DNA from: Alphaproteobacteria bacterium
GTDB lineage: Bacteria; Pseudomonadota; Alphaproteobacteria; UBA7879
DNA length: 64,000 bases
Assembly (NCBI GenBank): GCA_965178295.1
Contig: CBCXTT010000002.1
Location: 101,178 to 165,177, forward strand
Reading direction: 5' to 3'
Part shown: positions 41,138-51,771 of the stretch, piece by piece
How positions within the stretch are numbered: position 1 is the first letter of the stretch
Layout: each line of letters begins with the position of its first letter
Position numbers and translations under genes: made by a program
The notes under the pieces: generated by a model
Databases searched by the model: none
Seen by the model: only the letters and a program-made list of their open reading frames with translations
Told to the model about the DNA's origin: nothing

Positions 41138-42895
41138 ATGTCAAACACTAACCTACGCGAAGAAAATTTTGAATATTTACTAGAAGAATTCATTGGAGAT
41201 ACTACCTCTTTTGAGGGTAACGTGTCAAAGGGCCGTATTGTCACTATTGATGGAGATATTGTCGTAATTGACGTAGGACTCAAATCCGAAGGCCGTGTCC
41301 CCCTGCAGGAATTTGGTTCCAAGGCTTCCACACTAGCTCCTGGTGGAGAAATAGATATCTATGTTGAGCGAATCGAAAATCGCCATGGTGAAATTGTACT
41401 GAGCTATGAAAAAGCCCAACGTGAAGCTGTATGGGAAGAGTTAGAAAAAGCCTCTGCCGCTGAACAGCACGTAACCGGCGTAATTTCAAATCGTGTCAAG
41501 GGTGGTTTTACAGTTGATTTATCTGGTGCCGTTGCCTTTTTGCCCGGAAGTCAGGTTGATATACGACCTGTTAAGGATGTAGCTCCCCTCTTTGGTATTG
41601 AGCAGCCATTCCAAATCCTGAAAATGGACCGCTTGCGTGGCAACATTGTTGTCTCAAGGCGCGCCATTCTTGAGGAGTCCCGCGCAGAGGCCAAAGGCGA
41701 ATTAATCAAGAATCTCGAAGAGGGTAAAATCCTCCAGGGTATCGTCAAAAATGTGACTGATTATGGTGCGTTTATTGATCTGGGCGGCATCGATGGTTTG
41801 CTCCACGTAACAGATATTTCCTGGAAACGCATCAATCATCCATCTGAAGTACTGCATATCGGAGAAACAATTGACGTCAAAATTGTAAAATTTGACCCTG
41901 AAACCCAGCGTATATCCTTAGGACTCAAGCAGCTTGACAAAGATCCTTGGGCCTCTGTCACAGAAAACTATAAGCCCGATGCAGTCATTAAAGGCACAGT
42001 GACCAATGTAACAGATTACGGTGTTTTTGTTGAGCTTGAAGATGGAATTGAAGGACTCATTCATGTATCCGAGCTCAGCTGGTCTAAGCGAGTTACACCG
42101 ACAAAGATTGTTGCACCCAGTGAAGCAGTAGCTGTCAAAATTCTAGACGTTGACCCTGAAAAACGTCGTATCAGTCTAAGCTTGCGTCAATGTGCTGAAA
42201 ATCCCTGGATTGCCTTTTCGACGGCACATACCGTTGATAATATTATAGAGGGTGAAGTCAGGGGTGTTACAGAGTTTGGGCTTTTTGTAGATATTGGACA
42301 TGACATTGAGGGCATGGTTCATGTAACAGACCTGTCCTGGAGAAAAAATCCTGAAGTAGAGCTTGCTCAATACAAAAGGGGTGACCTTGTAAAAGCACAA
42401 ATTCTAGAAATCGATACAGCAAAAGAGCGTGTTTCTCTAGGCATTAAACAACTTTCTGAAGATCCATTTAAGGCATCTTTGAGCGCGTATAAGGCGAACG
42501 ATATTGTCACTTGTGTGGTATCGCGCATCATGGACAATGGTGTTGAAGTAACAATAGGTGATAATGGTATTACAGGCTTTATCCGGAAAGCTGACCTTGC
42601 ACGTGACCGTGGGGAACAGCGGACATCTCGCTTTGCTGTAGGAGAACGTGTTGATGCGCTTATCACCTCAATGGATCATGACACACGTCGTTTTACACTT
42701 TCCGTAAAAGCGCGAGAAGTGAAAGAAGAAAAAGAAGCAATGGAAGAGTATGGTTCATTCAATAGTGGCGCGAGCCTAGGAGACATATTAGGGTCTGCAC
42801 TCGATCTAGATAAGATGAAGGCATCTTCACAAACTGACGATGAAGAAGCAAAGTCTAAAAAAGTAAAAACAAAAAAGGCTGAAACTAAAAAATAA
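41138..42895 (+). CDS. rpsA: 30S ribosomal protein S1
   Basis: DVGLKSEG, AFLPGSQVD, repeated S1 domains (YGAFIDLGGIDGLLHVTD, EGLIHVSEL, EGMVHVTDL); start ATG 41138. Confidence 0.99.
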   Translation: MSNTNLREENFEYLLEEFIGDTTSFEGNVSKGRIVTIDGDIVVIDVGLKSEGRVPLQEFGSKASTLAPGGEIDIYVERIENRHGEIVLSYEKAQREAVWEELEKASAAEQHVTGVISNRVKGGFTVDLSGAVAFLPGSQVDIRPVKDVAPLFGIEQPFQILKMDRLRGNIVVSRRAILEESRAEAKGELIKNLEEGKILQGIVKNVTDYGAFIDLGGIDGLLHVTDISWKRINHPSEVLHIGETIDVKIVKFDPETQRISLGLKQLDKDPWASVTENYKPDAVIKGTVTNVTDYGVFVELEDGIEGLIHVSELSWSKRVTPTKIVAPSEAVAVKILDVDPEKRRISLSLRQCAENPWIAFSTAHTVDNIIEGEVRGVTEFGLFVDIGHDIEGMVHVTDLSWRKNPEVELAQYKRGDLVKAQILEIDTAKERVSLGIKQLSEDPFKASLSAYKANDIVTCVVSRIMDNGVEVTIGDNGITGFIRKADLARDRGEQRTSRFAVGERVDALITSMDHDTRRFTLSVKAREVKEEKEAMEEYGSFNSGASLGDILGSALDLDKMKASSQTDDEEAKSKKVKTKKAETKK

Positions 42896-43037
42896 GACGA
42901 TTTAAGTAGGGATAATCCTAAAGCACCAAAAGAAGGTGCCTAGATAAAAAAAGAAGAGGGTTCTAGAATGGACACAAGAGAGGCCCTTTCGTTCTATTTG
43001 TGTTTATCGATCCGCCAGAAGAAGGAGGCTTACAAGT

Positions 43038-43595
43038 ATGTCGGTAATGACGTCTAGAAAAGAGAGCATGCATGGTACAACCATTTTATCTGTAAGAAAA
43101 AACAATGAAGTTGTCATTGCTGGAGACGGTCAAGTTACGCTTGGAGCGATCCGAATAAAAAATAATGCCCGAAAAATACGCACTATTGGCAATGGAAACG
43201 TGCTGGTTGGTTTTGCGGGTGCAACGGCCGATGCAATGGCGCTTCTTGAACGATTAGAAGCCAAGTTAGATATGCATCCAAAACAGCTTTTGCGTGCCTG
43301 TGTTGAATTATCTAAAGACTGGCGCACAGATAAATATTTGCGTCGATTAGAGGCTATGATGGCTGTTGCCAATAAAAATGTCTCCCTCATTCTCACTGGA
43401 ACTGGAGATGTTTTAGAGCCAGAAGATGGGCTGATTGGCATTGGCTCCGGAGGAGCGTACGCTCTATCAGCTGCACGCGCACTCTATGATATAGATGATT
43501 TATCTGCAGAAGAGATCGCTCAAAAATCGATGAGTATTGCTGCAGATCTTTGTATATACACAAACCACAGTATCCTTCTTAAAAAGTTATCATGA
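43038..43595 (+). CDS. hslV: ATP-dependent protease subunit HslV
   Basis: [42 protein letters not shown]; alternative start 43068. Confidence 0.98.
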   Translation: MSVMTSRKESMHGTTILSVRKNNEVVIAGDGQVTLGAIRIKNNARKIRTIGNGNVLVGFAGATADAMALLERLEAKLDMHPKQLLRACVELSKDWRTDKYLRRLEAMMAVANKNVSLILTGTGDVLEPEDGLIGIGSGGAYALSAARALYDIDDLSAEEIAQKSMSIAADLCIYTNHSILLKKLS

Positions 43596-43602
43596 GGCTT
43601 TT

Positions 43603-44916
43603 ATGAATAAAAAAAATTTAGCGCCTAAAGAAATTGTTGCAGAACTAGATCGCTTCATTGTTGGACAGGCTGAAGCCAAAAAATCTGTTGCGATTGCCCT
43701 GAGAAATCGTTGGAGACGCCAGCAGCTCCCAGAGTACTTAAAAGATGAAGTATTGCCTAAAAATATCCTCATGATCGGCCCCACTGGTGTAGGAAAAACA
43801 GAAATTGCTCGCCGTCTTTCCAAACTTGTTGCAGCCCCGTTTATTAAAGTAGAAGCGACAAAATTTACAGAAGTGGGCTATGTAGGACGAGATGTGGAGC
43901 AGATCATCAGAGATCTTGTTGAAATCTCTCTTGCAAAAACTCGCACAATTTTACGTAAAGAGGTAGAAAAAAAGGCAAAATCTCTTGCTCTTAACCGTGT
44001 TTTAAATACTCTTGTTGGGAACACGGCAGCCCCAGAAACACGTAAGAAATTTAAGGACAAGCTATTAGATGCTGAGCTTGATGAAAAAGAAATAGAAATA
44101 GAAGTTGCAGACAATCAGGCTAGTCACATGCCGACCTTTGACATTCCAGGCATGCCTGGCGCCCAAATGGGGATGCTGAATCTAGGAGACATGATTGGAA
44201 AGGGCGCTGAAAAAAAAATACGTCGCAAATTAACCGTAAAGCGTGCACTCCATCTGTTAACGCTTGAAGAATCAGATCAACTGCTTGACGACGATGTGGT
44301 AATTGGTCACGCTCTAGATAAGGTTACGCAAGAGGGTATTGTATTTTTAGATGAAATAGACAAAATTTGTGCACGCTCAGAAAAACGTGAGGGTGGCGTC
44401 AGCCGTGAAGGTGTGCAGCGAGACCTGCTTCCTCTGATTGAGGGAACAACGGTCTCTACAAAATACGGAACGGTCGATACAAACCATATTTTGTTTATCG
44501 CTTCTGGTGCTTTTCATATTTCAAAACCTTCTGATCTTCTTCCCGAACTACAGGGTCGCCTTCCAAATCGTGTTGAGATGGCCTCTCTTACTGAAGAGGA
44601 TTTTGTGTGTATTTTAACAGAACCTGAGACGAGCCTCATTAAGCAATATATAGGCTTACTTTCCACTGAAAATGTAACTCTTGATTTTCAAGAAAGCGGG
44701 ATTAAAGAAATTGCACATACCGCTGCACTTGTGAATGAAAATGTTGAGAACATAGGAGCAAGACGATTACACACTGTGCTAGAAAAACTTTTGGAGGAAA
44801 TCAGTTTTTATGCCCCTGAGAACGGGGGGGTAACCGTTACAATTGATTCAGACTACGTAAAGAAGACTGTCTCAAATCTTGCGGAAAACACAGATTTATC
44901 AAAATTTATCCTGTAA
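43603..44916 (+). CDS. hslU: ATP-dependent protease ATPase HslU
   Basis: [42 protein letters not shown]-terminal DLSKFIL. Confidence 0.99.
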   Translation: MNKKNLAPKEIVAELDRFIVGQAEAKKSVAIALRNRWRRQQLPEYLKDEVLPKNILMIGPTGVGKTEIARRLSKLVAAPFIKVEATKFTEVGYVGRDVEQIIRDLVEISLAKTRTILRKEVEKKAKSLALNRVLNTLVGNTAAPETRKKFKDKLLDAELDEKEIEIEVADNQASHMPTFDIPGMPGAQMGMLNLGDMIGKGAEKKIRRKLTVKRALHLLTLEESDQLLDDDVVIGHALDKVTQEGIVFLDEIDKICARSEKREGGVSREGVQRDLLPLIEGTTVSTKYGTVDTNHILFIASGAFHISKPSDLLPELQGRLPNRVEMASLTEEDFVCILTEPETSLIKQYIGLLSTENVTLDFQESGIKEIAHTAALVNENVENIGARRLHTVLEKLLEEISFYAPENGGVTVTIDSDYVKKTVSNLAENTDLSKFIL

Positions 44917-44931
44917 TTTAAGGATACAAAA

Positions 44932-46884
44932 ATGACGCACCCACTTTGGATACCTTCAGCACAAGATGTGCAAACTACTCATCTAACACAATTTACCAAC
45001 TTTGTTCAAAAGAAGTTCAAAAAAAATTTACCAAGCTATAGGGAATTGCATCATTGGTCAATCAGCAATATCTCTGATTTCTGGAAAAGTGTCTGGCATT
45101 ACGGTCACGTTATCGGCAACCTCCCAGAGGATGCCAGCATTGAATTCATGGATGACATTATAAACGCAGAATTTTTCCCATCTGCAACGTTGAACTTTGC
45201 AGAAAATTTATTAAGAACGAAAGATAGTACACCTGCAATTATTTTTCAATGTGAAGATGTTATCCATCGGACCATTTCCCACAAAGAGCTCTATGACCAA
45301 GTATCAAAATTGCGGCAACACTTTAAGAAGCATGGCCTTTCTCCAGGTGATCGTGTGGCAGGTCTTGTCCTCAATACGCCAGAAACACTTGTCACCATGC
45401 TTGCGGTGACAAGCCTTGGGGCAACATGGTCGAGTTGCTCCCCAGACTTCGGTGTTGGAGCTGCGTATGATAGATTTGAACAAATCAGTCCCACATTCTT
45501 CGTTGCTAGCGATCAATATATTTACCGCAACAAGCGCCATGATTGCCTAGATAAAGTCGACGTTTTGTCTAGGAAGCTCCCTACTATCAAGCATACTCTC
45601 ATCATTGCGTTCGACACAATCACAGGGGCACGGGAAAACGAACAAACATCTATATACTCGAATGTTCTCTCCACGTATATATCAGAAGAAATTTCCTTTA
45701 CGCGATTTCCCTTCAACCATCCTCTCTTCATTATGTTTTCATCAGGCACAACAGGAGTGCCAAAATGCATTATTCATGGAGCTGGTGGCACCCTGCTTCA
45801 ACATATAAAAGAACATCAACTTCACATTGACATCCAGCCACAAGACCGTGTGTTTTACTTTAGCACATGCGGCTGGATGATGTGGAATTGGCATATATCT
45901 TCTTTAGCCTCTGGCGCAACACTTGTGCTTTACGAAGGTTCTCCACTGCACCCTAACAAAGCAGTGTTATTCGATCTCATCGATCGTCATGAGATTAGCT
46001 TCTTTGGTACCAGTGCAAAATATATAGATGCCCTCAACAAATTTAAATTATCTTTTAAAAACACCCACACATTAGATAAACTACGTGTGATTGCGTCAAC
46101 GGGAAGCCCCTTAAGCAAAGAAAGCTTCGATTATGTTTACAGAGAAATAAAAAATGATGTGTGTTTAGCATCAATTTCTGGTGGTACCGATATTTTATCC
46201 TGTTTTGTTTTAAGCAATCCCAACGCACCCATTTGGTGCGGGGAAATACAAGCGGCTGGACTAGGTATGGATGTACAGGTCTATAGCGATAACGGAATAC
46301 CTGTTGTAGGTGAGAAGGGTGAATTCGTATGTTGTACGTCATTTGTCTCAAAACCCCTGGGTTTTTGGAATGATCCAGACAATAGGCGATTTAAAGCGGC
46401 CTATTTTGAGCGGTTCAATAACATCTGGACACACGGGGATTTTGCAGAAAAAACAGCTCGAGACGGTTATATCATTCATGGTCGCTCAGACACGATTTTA
46501 AATCCTGGAGGCGTACGCATTGGTACAGCAGAAATATATCGTCAAGTCAAGAAAGTAGATGCTGTGCTCGAGAGCGTAGCTGTTGGGCAAGAATGGAAGG
46601 ATGATATTCGAATTTTATTATTTGTTACCTTACGCAATGGCATCATTCTCACGCCAGCACTTAATGCGGAAATTAAATCTGTGATTCGAGAAAATGCTAC
46701 ACCACGACACGTACCCGCTCACATCAATCAAGTCTCAGAGATACCAACAACAAAGAGTGGTAAGGTGGTTGAGCTGGCTGTGCGTGAAACGATACATGGC
46801 CGCCCCGTTCAAAACATAAATGCACTTGATAATCCTGAATGTTTAAAAGAGTTTGCACAATTCAGTCAAAATGCGTTAGCCTAA
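44932..46884 (+). CDS. Acetoacetate-CoA ligase (acetoacetyl-CoA synthetase)
   Basis: PLWIPS, LNFAENLL, SCSPDFG, FSSGTTGVPKCIIH, WMMWNW, SISGGTDI, GRSDTILNPGGVRIGTAEIY. Confidence 0.93.
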   Translation: MTHPLWIPSAQDVQTTHLTQFTNFVQKKFKKNLPSYRELHHWSISNISDFWKSVWHYGHVIGNLPEDASIEFMDDIINAEFFPSATLNFAENLLRTKDSTPAIIFQCEDVIHRTISHKELYDQVSKLRQHFKKHGLSPGDRVAGLVLNTPETLVTMLAVTSLGATWSSCSPDFGVGAAYDRFEQISPTFFVASDQYIYRNKRHDCLDKVDVLSRKLPTIKHTLIIAFDTITGARENEQTSIYSNVLSTYISEEISFTRFPFNHPLFIMFSSGTTGVPKCIIHGAGGTLLQHIKEHQLHIDIQPQDRVFYFSTCGWMMWNWHISSLASGATLVLYEGSPLHPNKAVLFDLIDRHEISFFGTSAKYIDALNKFKLSFKNTHTLDKLRVIASTGSPLSKESFDYVYREIKNDVCLASISGGTDILSCFVLSNPNAPIWCGEIQAAGLGMDVQVYSDNGIPVVGEKGEFVCCTSFVSKPLGFWNDPDNRRFKAAYFERFNNIWTHGDFAEKTARDGYIIHGRSDTILNPGGVRIGTAEIYRQVKKVDAVLESVAVGQEWKDDIRILLFVTLRNGIILTPALNAEIKSVIRENATPRHVPAHINQVSEIPTTKSGKVVELAVRETIHGRPVQNINALDNPECLKEFAQFSQNALA

Positions 46885-46915
46885 TTATAGCCTAAATAGG
46901 AAACTGGAGCCCATT

Positions 46916-47875
46916 GTGAGTCACTCCCACCATCATGGTAATTGCACCCATAGCCATTTTGATTTTTCTCATGTCAAAAGCGCACGGTTAAAGAAGCTTG
47001 CAACATATGCCTCTGTTCTGGTCGCTCTCATGCTTATTGTAAGCAAAATAATTGCGTGGAAACTCACAGGATCTGTAGGTATTTTATCAAGTCTAGCAGA
47101 CTCATGTTTGGATATGATTGCATCAACTGCCAACCTGTTTGCCGTCCGTCATGCAATGCATCCACCCGATAAAGAACATCGCTTTGGTCATGGAAAAATA
47201 GAAGCTTTATCAGCCCTGGGCCAAGCCAGTATTATTGTCGTATCTGTAATGTATGTTTTGTATGAGGCCTGTGAACACTTATCTCATACACCCACCATCA
47301 CAGAACCAGGTGTTGGCATGATCGTAATGATTGTATCTATCATCCTGACCACTGGACTCGTTTTTTTTCAAACCTATGTTGTGAATCGCACACACTCCAT
47401 CGCTATCACAGCGGATTCCATGCACTATAGAGCGGATCTTCTCCTCAATATTGGTGTATTAGGAGTTCTTGTGATCACCTACTATATACAAAATCTCAGA
47501 TGGCTTGATCCTATAGTCGGTATCGCAATCGCTCTTTATATTTTGTATACATCCTGGGCTATCGGAGCAAAAGCCGTTGACATCCTTCTAGACAGAGAGT
47601 TGAGTGACAAAACCCGGAAAAAAATTATTGAATCTATTTTGTCGCACAAAGAGGTGAAAGGATATCATGACCTCCGCACACGCTCATGTGGTCTTAGCTC
47701 TTTTATTCAAGTTCATATTGAACTTGAGGGCGCTTTAAGTCTGCACGCAACGCATAAAATTTCTGATAAAGTTGAAGATGCACTTCTAGAGCTTTTTCAT
47801 AACGCGCAAGTTCTTATTCACCAAGATCCTGCAGGGTTAAAAGAGCGTCATTCAATTGTGAGAGATGATGACTAA
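46916..47875 (+). CDS. fieF: Cation diffusion facilitator (FieF/YiiP-like) with His-rich N-terminus
   Basis: SLADSCLD, PPDKEHRFGHGKIEAL, ADSMHYRAD, HDLRTR, IHQDP. Confidence 0.9.
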   Translation: MSHSHHHGNCTHSHFDFSHVKSARLKKLATYASVLVALMLIVSKIIAWKLTGSVGILSSLADSCLDMIASTANLFAVRHAMHPPDKEHRFGHGKIEALSALGQASIIVVSVMYVLYEACEHLSHTPTITEPGVGMIVMIVSIILTTGLVFFQTYVVNRTHSIAITADSMHYRADLLLNIGVLGVLVITYYIQNLRWLDPIVGIAIALYILYTSWAIGAKAVDILLDRELSDKTRKKIIESILSHKEVKGYHDLRTRSCGLSSFIQVHIELEGALSLHATHKISDKVEDALLELFHNAQVLIHQDPAGLKERHSIVRDDD

Positions 47876-49495
47876 CCCATGAATTGTGTGCAAGTTACTA
47901 AGTGAGGCGCTCAACAATACTGCAGACGCATCACTGACGCGAATTTCCCCCTCGTTTAGCCCAAAAACTTAGAATACGTGCAAAATATTAACAAATAATT
48001 TATGCAAACAATTTTCGGGTGTTGCTTTTATATACATCCAATTTTTATGTGCTCGCTTGAGAACAGTCTTAGAACACGCTCAAGCACCACGAAGCACCCA
48101 GCACCATAGCAATGGTACATTTGTACTCTCACTACCCTCAAAACAGATCGCTAAAAATATTAATAATCACTGCACACACAGCGGGATACATATAGAACAC
48201 CGTTGCATATGATGCATCGATGAGTGCAGCAATATAAATTGCATGGTATATATTATCCCTTCATACATCTCAGAGAGAGTCCTAACAGCTCTAATACTAA
48301 AAAATATACAGACAACATAACGTGTGGGATAAGCCTTTTTGAAAAATCAAAAATCTGAATTTCCTGTATGCTCTTTTGCATACACACAATTGAACCATGT
48401 GCATATCTTGAGCATTCCCAATCCTGCCATCGTGCCCCCTTACACATTTCTTATCCTCAAATCAGAGTTTGCGGGGATTAAGGCAATACAAGAAAGGAAG
48501 CGAGAATAGTTATGGGAACTTGTCCTAGGAAAAACGTATGGAACGCAAATTCACTAAGAACTTATGCCCTATACTGGCTTCTTCGCTCAAAAAGCGCGAT
48601 GCAGGTGCCTGATGCTGTGCAGATGCATCCGTTCATACAGCAATACTTGCTGCGCTCTATCTCTCAAGATATAGCTGGTATGACTTGTAGGTTGCAAGGA
48701 TGCATCACACTGTTGCTGTTTAGGAATTACACATCAAATACATATCATACAATTCTTCAATCAATCAGCACGTCCTGATGCGAGGAATACATATCTGGCA
48801 TTACAGGGACTTTGAGACTTCTATAGCAATTGGCCTTCTATCGCAAAAAAAATAGAGTGATACTCATAATAATATTTGTATAGTATATTTTTCTGAAGAT
48901 TAATATATTTTCATCAACAATAGATGTAAGCGCCATAGAGACCCCTCCTAAGATTCGATGTCATCGTCACAATCACCGTCTCTAAATTCTTAATTCTTCA
49001 ACCGCAGAAGCAATAGAACCCGCCGGAACAACAATAAAGTCCAATCACGCAGGTCATTCCAAAGCATTGATCGAAGGCGTCCCAATACAGGTGAAGCAGA
49101 CCGATTCATTCTGTCTACGTCTTGCCCAATAGACGACATCAGATCAATAGGTGGGCAAAGTCTAGTTGAGACGTCAGAATTCAATCCATCAAAATTTTTT
49201 ATTATTTAATATCCCTTGTGCATCTTGTGGTATGTAAAAAAAATATCGTGAATAAATCAATATATATATGCAACAGAGTACAACACACCAAAATACAAGA
49301 GGGGGGAGGAATGTTGTACTCACTTTTCTATTGTATCGCTAAATTTACCACTGAATTCCTCGTGCAGAGGGCAACAACGCATACTCTCAAACGCTTTAGT
49401 CATATTCATTGTACCCAATCAATACACAAGCCTCTCAACCAACAATATTCATATTGATGATGTTGCATCCCCATTGTGCATTCAGCGCTTTTGTC

Positions 49496-49524
49496 TTGAC
49501 GATTTTATTTTTTTCTTATAGTGT
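49496..49524 (+). promoter_or_regulatory. Sigma70-like promoter of rpsT
   Basis: TTGACG-17 bp-TAGTGT about 30 bp upstream of the ATG. Confidence 0.5.
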
Positions 49525-49554
49525 TTGTCTCAGGTTTTATAAAAAGGAATTGTT

Positions 49555-49815
49555 ATGGCGAATCATTCGGCAACTAAAAAAAGTATCCGTCAAACAGAAA
49601 AACGGACAGAGCGTAATCGCCACATACGTAGTCGTGTTAAAACATACTTGCGCAAAGCGCATGAGAAAATTTCATCTGATGAAAAAGCAGGATCTACGAA
49701 AGCCTTTCGCAAAGCTGAGTCTGTTATCAGGGCAGCAGCACAAAAAGGCCTAATGCACAAAAACAAAGCATCACGCACTATATCTCGCCTCGCTAAGAAA
49801 GTAAAAGAACTTTAA
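49555..49815 (+). CDS. rpsT: 30S ribosomal protein S20
   Basis: MANHSATKKSIRQ..RN..RSRVKT, KGLMHKNKASR. Confidence 0.98.
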   Translation: MANHSATKKSIRQTEKRTERNRHIRSRVKTYLRKAHEKISSDEKAGSTKAFRKAESVIRAAAQKGLMHKNKASRTISRLAKKVKEL

Positions 49816-50185
49816 AGCGTAATACTGAGTGTGTGCGCAAGAAATATGAAGTTAGCGCTAGAGGGAAAAAACGACATTGTAGAACAAGCGAGAGACTAGT
49901 AATACTTACAATTAAATAGGAACACTTCGTCTATAAAATCACTCCACTCAATTATGTGCACGCATCATGACGCTTCTTAGGCTCTTCTGTAAAAAGAGAA
50001 AAATGCTCGCATTTTACCTGTAAATAACCTCATCAAAATGCTTCAAACGTCTAGCGGTCAACACATACAATGCACAATACAGAAGTGTCCTTGGCCAACT
50101 CAAGTGAATCTATTAATGGCATAGAGGGAAAAAATTCCACGAACCGTTCCATCATTCTTATGATCAATCTAGATTTTCTAACAAA

Positions 50186-50220
50186 TGAAAAACCCGGAAG
50201 AGTATTCGCCGGGTTTTTCA
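50186..50220 (-). terminator. Intrinsic (probably bidirectional) terminator after the OMP gene
   Basis: Perfect 12-bp inverted repeat TGAAAAACCCGG-11 nt-CCGGGTTTTTCA, 21 bp past the OMP stop. Confidence 0.85.
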
Positions 50221-50241
50221 CAAAAGACTATAGTGGCAACA

Positions 50242-50973
50242 CTAGAAGTGATAGAGAAGGCCAGCTTTCAGAACAAAAGAACGCGGCTTTGTTGCATAAC
50301 CAGTATTGTTGGCTTTTGAAATGCTGAAACCAACTTTATAGTCCGCACCAATCAACCAAGACATTTTGTCTTCATTAAAGTGCCCCATTACACCAACACC
50401 AGGAGTTACAGACCATACTTTAATACTGTCCTTATGTTTTGCGCCATTGAGGTCATACTCTGTTTTGCCAAAGTTGTATTCAACGCCCAAGCGTACAAAG
50501 CCCATGAGGCCGTGTGTTAGGTACATACCGGTACGCACACCTAGACCCATACCAAATTGTGGACGATAAGTAACTTTGTATGCTGTATTCAATGCAATTG
50601 CTGCACCAGGTATAAAGTGATTAACCGCTGTCACAGCAGCGGCAGTTGTTGCTGTTGCGGTACCAATTTGAACACAGGATGTATCATATCCCAAAGTCAA
50701 CTCACCAGAAAAATGTGCCTTTCCAAAAGTCGCACCATGGCCTAAAGCTACGTGACCATTGAATCCTGTGCTATTTTTGTGGTTTCCAGTGACTCTAAAG
50801 CCAAGCACAGATGAACCAGCGATTCTTGTGCCAGTTTCACCCTTAAGCTTACCTGTGTTTGCAAATGACGCACCAGCGTGCCCACCTACATAGAAGCCTT
50901 TCATAGCATCTGCGGACACACTAGTGACTGCCAACGCAGCGACAGCGGCTGTTGTTAATAGATGTTTTTTCAT
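50242..50973 (-). CDS. Outer-membrane beta-barrel protein (8-stranded OmpA/Omp25/MSP4-like)
   Basis: Signal peptide, KGFYVGGHAG first strand, amphipathic strands, C-terminal KAGLLYHF; AAGGAG RBS and own terminator. Confidence 0.85.
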   Translation of the reverse strand: MKKHLLTTAAVAALAVTSVSADAMKGFYVGGHAGASFANTGKLKGETGTRIAGSSVLGFRVTGNHKNSTGFNGHVALGHGATFGKAHFSGELTLGYDTSCVQIGTATATTAAAVTAVNHFIPGAAIALNTAYKVTYRPQFGMGLGVRTGMYLTHGLMGFVRLGVEYNFGKTEYDLNGAKHKDSIKVWSVTPGVGVMGHFNEDKMSWLIGADYKVGFSISKANNTGYATKPRSFVLKAGLLYHF

Positions 50974-51102
50974 GTTATTCTCCTTAAAAAAATATAACTA
51001 GATTCATCATAGTGGCTCACTGACAAAAAACAATAACGTTTATCTATAGATGTATACAGATTTCTTAGAAATTGCACTAACGTGTTGCACAAATACACCA
51101 AT

Positions 51103-51690
51103 TTAGATTGAAAGTCGACATTTCTCTCTCTTGGATAGCTCTTTATACACCCATGTATCGGGAGGTATTGGAAGATTCCATTCATGATTTTCAAGCTGTA
51201 TCTGCGTACGCCCACCTTGCATATCCATTGCAATCCACCCCAGAAGATGAAGAGTATCTCTAGATAGAACAAGCGTAATATTATGCCCTTTTGCGAAAAG
51301 TGATGCATAAACGACATCGGATTGTATCTGTATATTTTTCACAATTATATCGCTAGATAATAAAATATCTTCTTTCAGCAATACCCCGGCTGGTGTATTA
51401 TCGATCTCAACATATGTGCCCTCATTCAATTTGGGATCATATAAAATGACCCAATCATCATACGTCATGACCAGCTGCCCCTCAGGGTCACTATAAGAAA
51501 ATTTAAAACGCCCCGGCCGCTCTAGATAAAAAATCCCTGAAGCGATGCTACCATCAGCGTTATATTGCGTAAAATCCGCTTTCAATGATTGGTAACGATG
51601 CAATGCATGGAGTATGCTGTCATCGCATGTCTCCTCTGCCAAGCAACTAAGGCAAAAAAACAAAAAAACAAAAATCAGTCTCATATACAA
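51103..51690 (-). CDS. lolA: Outer-membrane lipoprotein carrier LolA
   Basis: SLKADFTQ..G..ASGIFYLERPGRFKFSY, YDPKL, TPAGVLL. Confidence 0.88.
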   Translation of the reverse strand: MYMRLIFVFLFFCLSCLAEETCDDSILHALHRYQSLKADFTQYNADGSIASGIFYLERPGRFKFSYSDPEGQLVMTYDDWVILYDPKLNEGTYVEIDNTPAGVLLKEDILLSSDIIVKNIQIQSDVVYASLFAKGHNITLVLSRDTLHLLGWIAMDMQGGRTQIQLENHEWNLPIPPDTWVYKELSKREKCRLSI

Positions 51691-51771
51691 AAATCACAAA
51701 TAGAATTTATTATTTTTTGGAACACGGCAAAAACTTTGCTAAACAAGAAGTTTCGCTCTACACTGCAAACT

